From: Spirochaetia bacterium
GTDB taxonomy: Bacteria; Spirochaetota; Spirochaetia; SP-2023
Reading direction: 5' to 3'
DNA: 64,000 nucleotides
Assembly: GCA_965263295.1 (NCBI GenBank)
Contig: OZ253665.1
Span: 2,208,001-2,272,000 of the forward strand
In this document: positions 56,850-64,000 of the stretch, piece by piece
Layout: the number at the start of each line of letters is the position of its first letter
How positions within the stretch are numbered: the stretch's first letter is position 1
Position numbers and translations under genes: made by a program
The notes under the pieces: model-generated
The model's input: only the letters and a program-made list of their open reading frames with translations
The model's database searches: none
Told to the model about the DNA's origin: nothing

Positions 56850-57381
56850 TTTGAAATCTCCTTAAATGAAATATTATTTCCAAATATTATTAAAAATTAT
56901 TATCTCCTTACAAATCATTATCCCATTGGCGAATGAACAATAATTTAAAAAAACACTCTGTATGGCATTAAGTGTGCCACGGAATCCCGAAAAAAGCAAG
57001 AAAGTACATGGTCCGCGCTTTTTTACTACGACTACCGACAAGACTCCAAAATCTTCTGAAGCCCTGCCATTTTTTCAAGCAGGAATTGCTGCTTGGGAAT
57101 ACGGCCGGGAGAGCTCTTCAAGCATTATAAACAGAAAATTTTGCAACTCTTTTGAGTGCCGTTACACTTTCCATTTTTTACCTATTCCCACGACGGTATT
57201 GGGAAGCTAGTGTTGAGTAATTGAATATAGGAAAAATATCTTGAAGATTTTGTTGAAAATTATGTGAAAGGAATGCACCTAGCTTGTGCTGCGCGCGCGA
57301 CGAGAAATTGAGTCATGGCAAAATCTCCCCTCAATTACATATGCTTGCATACGCTTCTTGCGCTTGGTTATCGCGCAGGGT

Positions 57382-58263
57382 TTATCCGTTTCGATAAGCT
57401 GCCTGATTCATGGCATTGTGGATGTATGCCAGGGACTGCTGCAGGTCTTTGACACTTTGGTCGTGGGATTGTTTTGCCCAGACTTCAATGACAAATGGAC
57501 CGCTGTAATTTAATTCTTTGAGGATTGCAAAATAATGCGCAAAATCGACCTCCCCCTGGCCGATGGCTAAGTCGCGAAATTGACCGCGGAAACCCGGCCT
57601 TACGCGCAAAGTATCTTTCAGGTGTATGGCTACAATTTCGTGTATGCCGGCCTGGAGGTTCTGGCGGATATTATTGTTCCAGGCAAATAAGTTGCCCAGA
57701 TCTGGATAGACGGCGAGAAATGGCGATGGAATCTGTCGTTTGATCTCCATATACTTCAAAATTGAATTCAGATACGGCGTATCCATGATTTCCAGAGCTA
57801 GGATCACGCCGGCTTGGCACGCCATATGACAGGCTTGCTGCAGGCCCTGCAAGAATAGTTCATGCGTCTGCTCGTCCGCATTTTCGTAGTAGACATCGTA
57901 GCCGGCCAGCTGGATGATCCGCACTCCGAGGTCGTAGGCCAGTTCAATGCCTTGCTCCATGATCTCGGCCGCCCGGCGCCGTATTTCAGGGTCTTTACTG
58001 CCGAAAGGATATTTGCGATGCCCACTCAGGCACATGGAGTGAATCGGAAAGTCGAGCGCCCATGATCGCTTGCGCAATGCATCGCGCTGCTCGCGTGTCC
58101 AATGCAGGCGCTTTAGCCGCTCATCGGATTCATCAATGGAAATTTCCCAATATTCAAATCCCAGTTCACGTGCCATTTCCATTCGGCGGCCAAAGTCCAG
58201 CTCGGCGGGCAAGGCTTTCTCGTACAAGCCGATACGTCTCTGAGCAAACAATTTATTGGCCAT
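57382..58263 (-). CDS. ulaE: L-ribulose-5-phosphate 3-epimerase (hexulose-6-phosphate isomerase family)
   Basis: IGLYEKALP, EISIDESDER, SMCLSGHR, IQLAGYDVYY, EIMDT, HLKDT. Confidence 0.93.
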   Translation of the reverse strand: MANKLFAQRRIGLYEKALPAELDFGRRMEMARELGFEYWEISIDESDERLKRLHWTREQRDALRKRSWALDFPIHSMCLSGHRKYPFGSKDPEIRRRAAEIMEQGIELAYDLGVRIIQLAGYDVYYENADEQTHELFLQGLQQACHMACQAGVILALEIMDTPYLNSILKYMEIKRQIPSPFLAVYPDLGNLFAWNNNIRQNLQAGIHEIVAIHLKDTLRVRPGFRGQFRDLAIGQGEVDFAHYFAILKELNYSGPFVIEVWAKQSHDQSVKDLQQSLAYIHNAMNQAAYRNG

Positions 58264-58942
58264 AATAGGCTCCTTTGCCGTGTTTGCGGTAGTAGTGCTT
58301 GGCCTTCAGGCTGTCTTTCAGCTCTGGGACTTCTGGGTTTAACTGTGTGGATAAAAAGGCCATGCGGGCAATTTCTTCGAGAACCACGGCGTTCTCTAGG
58401 GATTTCATGGCATTTTTGCCCCAGGTAAAAGGCCCGTGGCAGGCGACGAGAATCATTTCGATTTCAGAAGGGTTGAGGTTCTCCAGCCGCCGCACGATTT
58501 GCCGCCCCGTTTCGACTTCATAATCCCCTTCAATGGCGGCATCGTCCATCACGGCCGTACAGGGAATATTGATCGTGGTATAGTCGGCATGGGTGGTTCC
58601 GAGAATGGGAATTTCCCGTTGGGCTTGGGCCCACGAGCAGGCGTAAGTGGAGTGGGTATGGGTGATGCCCCCGATCCCGCCCAATTCGCGGTACAAGACC
58701 AAATGCGTCTGAGTATCGGAGGAGGGCTTGCAGCGTGAATCAACGATTTTGCCATCCATATCGACCAATACCATGGCCTCGGGACTCAGCTCGCCATAGG
58801 GAACCCCGCTGGGCTTTATGGCCATGATCCCGGTATTGCGATCTATTTGGCTGACGTTGCCCCAGGTCAGTTTGGCCAGTTTGTGGGACTGGATCTGCAT
58901 GTTGGCCTCATAGACTTCGCGTCGTAGTTCTTGTAACAACAT
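58253..58942 (-). CDS. araD: L-ribulose-5-phosphate 4-epimerase (AraD/UlaF)
   Basis: TWGNVS, IKPSG, PSSDT-TH, HTHS, GTTHAD, HGPFTWG, HY-RKHG-GAYYGQ. Confidence 0.95.
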   Translation of the reverse strand: MLLQELRREVYEANMQIQSHKLAKLTWGNVSQIDRNTGIMAIKPSGVPYGELSPEAMVLVDMDGKIVDSRCKPSSDTQTHLVLYRELGGIGGITHTHSTYACSWAQAQREIPILGTTHADYTTINIPCTAVMDDAAIEGDYEVETGRQIVRRLENLNPSEIEMILVACHGPFTWGKNAMKSLENAVVLEEIARMAFLSTQLNPEVPELKDSLKAKHYYRKHGKGAYYGQ

Positions 58943-59045
58943 AATGAATACCTTTGGTGATTGCGGGGGCGGGGAGTTCTACTCCCTTGTGATGTATCAG
59001 ACGGGAGGCGCTAAAAGTAAAGCTTGATTAGCGCTGCCATCTGAG

Positions 59046-60107
59046 TTACAAAATAGAGGTGTAGGGTAGATCCGTTTCAATCGTGAACACATCGTGAAAG
59101 CCGCGGTCAAACATGAACTCCATGTTGTTCTTGTCATTTGGCCAGGTGAACTTTCCCCCGACCTGCCAGATGTATGGTTTGAACTTGTATTGCAGGCGAT
59201 CTTTCTTCATCTGCCAGAGCGTGGTCACTTCCTTGGGATCCGCCATAAAATTGGTCCAAGTCTCGTGGTGAATCGGAATGACGACTTTGGCGTTCAAAGA
59301 TTCGGCCATGCGCAAAACGTCCGAGGCTCCCAGTTTATCCGTCATGCCGCGCGGGTTTTCCCCGAAGGCGGCGAGCGCGACATCAATCTGGTTTTCGTTG
59401 CCATGCTTGGCAAAGTAGTTGGAATAGTGCGAATCCCCGCTATTGTAGAGCGAACCGCCCGGTGTCTTGACCAAGTAATTTAAGGCCAGTTTATCCATGT
59501 CGGCCACAGGTTGGCCCTTCAGAATTTCACCTTGTGGGGCTGTGACCAACATAGTGCGGTCAAAGGATTCCAAAGCTAAAACTTCAGTATCCTTGATGCG
59601 GATAGTTTGCCCCGGATGCATGACGTGACAGCGCGACTCAGGGACTCCCCAGGATGTCCATAATTTGATACAAGACTCCGGCCCGACAAAAGGCACGCTG
59701 TCTGGACAGTTCTGCATGATAGCGGCAGTCACATATGGATCGATATGATCGCCATGGCTATGGCTGGCCAATACCGCGTCGACAGTGCGAATTTCAAACG
59801 GGTCGAGGACGCACGGCGCGTTGCGCAGGTTAGGTTGCAGCGCAACACAGCCCGTGGCTCTTTGGTGTTGATGCTGTTTTTTCATCTCCTTGACCTTTTT
59901 GGTGCGCTTGCCAGTTTGTGTCCAGAAGTCGATCAAGATATTGGCGTTACCTTCGGACTTGATCCATATGCCGGTACAGCCCAACCACCACATGGCAAAT
60001 GTTCCCGTTCCGACAACTTCTTCCTCTATTTCTTCGTTCAACCAAGTTCCCCATTCGGGAAAAACAGCTTTTAGCCATTTATCTTTATCCAATTCTTGAA
60101 GATTCAT
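59046..60107 (-). CDS. ulaG: L-ascorbate-6-phosphate lactonase
   Basis: [42 protein letters not shown]. Confidence 0.95.
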   Translation of the reverse strand: MNLQELDKDKWLKAVFPEWGTWLNEEIEEEVVGTGTFAMWWLGCTGIWIKSEGNANILIDFWTQTGKRTKKVKEMKKQHQHQRATGCVALQPNLRNAPCVLDPFEIRTVDAVLASHSHGDHIDPYVTAAIMQNCPDSVPFVGPESCIKLWTSWGVPESRCHVMHPGQTIRIKDTEVLALESFDRTMLVTAPQGEILKGQPVADMDKLALNYLVKTPGGSLYNSGDSHYSNYFAKHGNENQIDVALAAFGENPRGMTDKLGASDVLRMAESLNAKVVIPIHHETWTNFMADPKEVTTLWQMKKDRLQYKFKPYIWQVGGKFTWPNDKNNMEFMFDRGFHDVFTIETDLPYTSIL

Positions 60108-60272
60108 AGTTACTCCTTACTCTTTTGAGATTAAGATATGCTATTATAATAGCACAAGCGTAAAATTTTGGCAAATAAATTCGATCATTTTATGATTGAA
60201 TATGATCTGCCAAATTTTAGTTCGACAAATATTGACTGATGTTCAAAGATAGGAATGGCGTGAGGTAAGCAA

Positions 60273-61046
60273 ATGAAAGTCACAGAGAACCGACAAAATT
60301 TGATTTTAGAAAGACTGAACAGAAATGGTGTGGTACTTGTAGAGGCCCTGAGTGAAGAGCTGGGGGTTTCAGCCATTACTATTCGTAGGGATTTAAAACA
60401 AATGCATGGCAAGGCTTTGCTGGAGCGCATTCACGGGGGGGCACTGCCGCTCAAGAATCAACAAAAGGAATTGCTGTTTGAGGATCGAAGTCACATGCAG
60501 GTCAAGGAGAAGACGGCCATTGCGCAAGAGATTGCCTCAAAAATTAAAGACCATTCAATTATTTTTGTTAATAGTGGCTCGACGACCCTCGAAGTGATCC
60601 GAGCTCTAGCTTGCCGGGAGGTTCAAGTAATTACCAACAATATTGACGCTTTAAAAATTTTTACAGAGGCTAACAAGCCTTTGCCGCTTGAGCTAATCTT
60701 AATTGGGGGTCAATACCGCAAGCAGTCACATTCAATTATTGGAGATATGACGCTTTCATTTATTTCAGACATTTACAGCTCTTATACGGTTTTGGGTGTC
60801 AATGGAATACATCCTGATTATGGTGTGACGAGCTCGTTTTTGCCACATGTGAGTTTGAACAGGTTAATGATAAAAAACTGTAAAGGGAATGTAATCATTG
60901 CGGCAGATAGCTCTAAAATCAATGCCATCTCCGATTTTGTCACCGCACCGTTGGCGGAAATTGATGAGTTGGTGACAGATGCGGCTGCAGATCCGGGAAA
61001 AGTGGCACTGTTGCGACAAGATGGGCTTCATGTCACATTGATTTAA
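60273..61046 (+). CDS. DeoR/GlpR-family regulator (UlaR-like)
   Basis: LGVSAITIRRDL, RIHGGA, NSGSTT, ITNN, AADSSK. Confidence 0.92.
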   Translation: MKVTENRQNLILERLNRNGVVLVEALSEELGVSAITIRRDLKQMHGKALLERIHGGALPLKNQQKELLFEDRSHMQVKEKTAIAQEIASKIKDHSIIFVNSGSTTLEVIRALACREVQVITNNIDALKIFTEANKPLPLELILIGGQYRKQSHSIIGDMTLSFISDIYSSYTVLGVNGIHPDYGVTSSFLPHVSLNRLMIKNCKGNVIIAADSSKINAISDFVTAPLAEIDELVTDAAADPGKVALLRQDGLHVTLI

Positions 61047-61360
61047 AATTATAGTTATTCACGATTTTTTAAAAACCTTGCAAAACCAGGCGAGCTATGT
61101 TAGGATACTTTGATGATCGAAATCGGTCTATTGGGGCTTTAATCATTGATCTCTAATGACAGGGTGCTCTTGAGTAAAAGCCGGCACATTTAGTTTTGCA
61201 GACAGCGGATGTCATGGCTAAGTTTCTTCCGTTTTTTGCAGAAATTTAGCCGGTTTTTACACGGTGTTGCCCAGAGCTGTGATCCCGTTGCTTGATTTTG
61301 TTTAATTTCGCTTGGTTTCTGTAGATGCCAAAATTTAGGTAGTCATTAAGGAGTGGCAAT

Positions 61361-61433
61361 ATGAACGCTGTTGTCAGATGCGCAGCAGGTATGCGTGCGA
61401 GTCGAGAAAATATTACAAGAGGGGGGCAAACGT
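61361..61433 (+). pseudogene. Possible 5' remnant of a PTS EIIB (UlaB-like) gene
   Basis: TAAGGAG RBS, then MNAVVRCAAGM (C-x-x-G-M active-site loop), then after a frame change VRVEKILQEG, running into ulaD. Confidence 0.45.
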
Positions 61434-62084
61434 ATGGAACGTCCTTTGCTTCAGCTTGCTCTAGATAATTTCAAAGTGAGCGATGCCCTGCGGGCTACCC
61501 GTTTATTAGAGCCGGCGCTGGATGTCATTGAAGCTGGTACCCTGCTTTGCCTGGCCGAGGGGGCCAGTGCTATTGAGGTCCTTCGCGCTTTGTACCCCGA
61601 CAAGATAATAGTCGCCGATTTGAAAATCGTGGATGCGGGCGCCGAGCTGGCGAAAATGGCCTGCCAACGCGGGGCCAACTGGGTGACCGTGATGTGTAAT
61701 GCCGCTGACGCCACCAAAGCAAAAGCGGTAGAGGCCGCAGCGGAGTATGGGGCCGAGATACAGGTGGAGCTGTTTGGCAATTGGACATACGAGCAGGCAA
61801 AAGAATGGCAAGGGATAGGCTTGAAGCAAGTTATTTATCATCAGAGTCGCGATGCCCTGCACGCAGGCGGCTCTTGGGGTGCCGCGAATATGGAGGTCGT
61901 CAAACGCTTGGCAGACATGGGTTTTGAGGTTTCTGTAACCGGTGGCTTGAGCGTCGATGTCTTGCCTCTGTTCAAGGGCATCCCGGTGAAATGTTTTATT
62001 GTCGGGCGGAACCTCCGCGATGCGCCCAATCCTTTGGAAGCCGCGCAAAGTTATCAGTCTGCGATTAATACTTTCTGGGGCTAA
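61434..62084 (+). CDS. ulaD: 3-keto-L-gulonate-6-phosphate decarboxylase
   Basis: PLLQLALD, VIEAGT, ADLKIVDAG, QVELFGNW, YHQSRDA, VTGG. Confidence 0.93.
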   Translation: MERPLLQLALDNFKVSDALRATRLLEPALDVIEAGTLLCLAEGASAIEVLRALYPDKIIVADLKIVDAGAELAKMACQRGANWVTVMCNAADATKAKAVEAAAEYGAEIQVELFGNWTYEQAKEWQGIGLKQVIYHQSRDALHAGGSWGAANMEVVKRLADMGFEVSVTGGLSVDVLPLFKGIPVKCFIVGRNLRDAPNPLEAAQSYQSAINTFWG

Positions 62085-62198
62085 GAGGAGAGCCGCTGGC
62101 ATTAAAGCTGGCAGAAAAATTGCTTTGCGGTTATGGTTGGCCTGATTTAGCTGAGATGCCTGACTATGCGTAAGTAGTAAAAACAACAGGGGGTCTAT

Positions 62199-62510
62199 AT
62201 GAAAATCTACCGTCCAATGGATTTCACGGGAGACCGCGCCTGGCAAGCCCTGGATATAGAGCGGTTCAACGCCGCGACGGTTCGCCTGCACTGGACCGAT
62301 CAACCCTATCGGTGGCATGTGAACGATGGACCGGAAGTCTTCGTCGTTTTACAGGGAGAGGTCCAAATGTACGTCCGTGACGCTTGCGGTGAGCATGCGC
62401 ATCATTTGTGTGCCGGAGATATCTTTCACGCCCAGAACGGCGATCAGCACGTCGCCTGTCCGGTGGCAGAGGCGCGGGTTCTGGTGATTGAGACGCCAGG
62501 TAGCGTTTGA
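62199..62510 (+). CDS. Small cupin-domain protein
   Basis: WHVNDGPEVF-V-GEV, GDIF, GDQHVA. Confidence 0.85.
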   Translation: MKIYRPMDFTGDRAWQALDIERFNAATVRLHWTDQPYRWHVNDGPEVFVVLQGEVQMYVRDACGEHAHHLCAGDIFHAQNGDQHVACPVAEARVLVIETPGSV

Positions 62511-62557
62511 TGGAGCCGGTCGCAACAAATGCCTGGCATTGGCTAGCCCGCTATTTG

Positions 62558-63574
62558 TCAAGGTTCTTGCGGCAGGGGCAGTTTTTGCGTCAGGCAAAAT
62601 ATTTCATAGGCGTTCAGTGCCGCGCCGCGCAGCAGTTGGTCCCCTGAGACGAAGAAATCCAGCCCAGACTTGCCGTAGATCAGACTGTGGCGCAAACGGC
62701 CGGCCTCGACATCGTAGTGGTTGGAGCTGGAGAGCGGCATTGGATAGTGCTTGGCTTGCGGTTCATCGAGCAGTTTGAGGCCGGAGGAACTGCGCCACAG
62801 CTCGCGCACGGCATCCAGCCCGGCTGCGCGCTTCAGCTTTACCGTGATGGCTGCGGCGTGGGAGCGCAGTGTGGGCACGCGCACACATGTGGCGGCGACG
62901 GGCAATTGTGGCCGGCCCAGAACCTTGCGCAACTCCCAGGTCGCTTTCATTTCTTCCTTGGTGTAGCCGTTGCCTTGGAAGGCATCGATATGTGGGACGA
63001 CGTTGTATGCCAGGTTGTGATTGAAAAATGCACTGTCGTCGTCGCTTCCGTAGGAAGTAAAGGTTTGGACTTTTTGCTGCAGCTCTGCCATGGCCGCAGC
63101 ACCGGCACCGCTGGCTGCCTGGTAGGTCGCTAGCTGTACATGCTCTAGGCCAAAGGTCTGTTCGAGCGGAGCCAAAGCCATTAAGGCAATGGCGCTGGAA
63201 CAGTTGGGGTTGGCAAGCAGCTTTTCGCCCCGGTAACTGCTGCCGTTGATTGCAGGCACGAGCAGGGGGACGTCGGCTTCGCAGCGCAGGGCGGACGAAT
63301 TGTCGATGACGATAGACCCTTGCGCAGCCAGGGCACGGGCATGTGCTTGGGAAAAATCTGCCGAAGCGCACAGAAAAACCACCGTTGCGCCATTCAGGTT
63401 TTCGCGCTGGAACTCCGCCACGCTTAGTTCCTGCCCTTTGTAGCTGCGCGTGCTGCCCGCCGAACGAGCCGAGCCGTGCAGGCTCAGCTCAATATCCTGG
63501 CGGGCATGGCGCTCAAAGAGCGCTAGCAGAGTGGTGCCCACGGCACCGCTGACTCCGACGATGGCGACTTTCAT
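62558..63574 (-). CDS. asd: Aspartate-semialdehyde dehydrogenase
   Basis: VAIVGVSGAVG, IDNSSA, ANPNCS, TYQAASGAG, YTKEEMK, TCVRVP, DQLLRGAALNA. Confidence 0.95.
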   Translation of the reverse strand: MKVAIVGVSGAVGTTLLALFERHARQDIELSLHGSARSAGSTRSYKGQELSVAEFQRENLNGATVVFLCASADFSQAHARALAAQGSIVIDNSSALRCEADVPLLVPAINGSSYRGEKLLANPNCSSAIALMALAPLEQTFGLEHVQLATYQAASGAGAAAMAELQQKVQTFTSYGSDDDSAFFNHNLAYNVVPHIDAFQGNGYTKEEMKATWELRKVLGRPQLPVAATCVRVPTLRSHAAAITVKLKRAAGLDAVRELWRSSSGLKLLDEPQAKHYPMPLSSSNHYDVEAGRLRHSLIYGKSGLDFFVSGDQLLRGAALNAYEIFCLTQKLPLPQEP

Positions 63575-63610
63575 ATGACTGCTGTCGTTTTGTTTTGTGG
63601 TGGTCTCGGC

Positions 63611-64000
63611 CTACTTCAGTGCGGCGAGAGCGGCCTCGTAGTTGGGCTCCTGAGTGATTTCGGCTACCAGCTCGGTATAAATGACTTGGGCATCTTTGAC
63701 GATGATCACGGCGCGGGCATAGAGGCCTGCCATGGGGCCGGCGGCAATTTCGACGCCATAGTCAGAACCAAAACTGCTATTGCGAAAGCCAGAAGCGGTG
63801 GCAATTTTATCAATGCCCTTTTCTTTGCAGAAGCGACTCTGGGCGAAGGGCAGGTCCTTGCTGATGCAAACAATTTGCACATCCGCGAGCGAGGCGGCTT
63901 CTTTGTTGAACCGCTCCGTGGACATGGCACAAACGCCAGTGTCAATACTGGGGTAGATATTTAGGATGATTGTACCTGTCTGCTCGGAAAGCTTCCAGTC
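63611..64000 (-). CDS. tpx: Thiol peroxidase (atypical 2-Cys peroxiredoxin), 5' end outside window
   Basis: LNIYPSIDTGVCA, ISKDLPFAQSRFC, ARAV, EPNYEAAL. Confidence 0.93.
   Translation of the reverse strand, partial: DWKLSEQTGTIILNIYPSIDTGVCAMSTERFNKEAASLADVQIVCISKDLPFAQSRFCKEKGIDKIATASGFRNSSFGSDYGVEIAAGPMAGLYARAVIIVKDAQVIYTELVAEITQEPNYEAALAALK

Overview
Bacterial chromosomal window, probably from a host-associated spirochaete. That assignment is an inference from a DUF3996/BAPKO_0422-like beta-barrel, spirochaete-style TPR genes and lipoprotein sugar-binding proteins. It is gene-dense. I see no rRNA, tRNA, CRISPR array or intact mobile element. In order, it contains: a HAD phosphatase, fabF, an esterase, a TPR operon with a 1740-aa protein carrying 20 tandem 35/38-aa repeats, ssb, an nqrBCDE-like membrane module without nqrA/nqrF, maf, metB, a Fur-led lipid cluster (PksI-like ECH2, enoyl reductase-type SDR, AcpK-like ACP, alpha-oxoamine synthase), a major outer-membrane protein with a 10-bp GATC repeat array upstream, a GH38/GH130/ABC mannose-glycan locus, a second sugar ABC system, class Ia ribonucleotide reductase, ppdK, a methyltransferase remnant, anchor-less sdh/frdAB next to an AspT-family transporter and malic enzyme, an OPT transporter, an L-ascorbate (ula) locus with only a remnant of its PTS, a cupin, asd and a partial tpx. 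The main finding is an apparently split ribonucleotide reductase. NrdA keeps all active-site residues but stops before its C-terminal redox cysteines, and that tail (C-x6-CEACQ) is encoded as a separate ~49-aa ORF with its own RBS between nrdA and nrdB.
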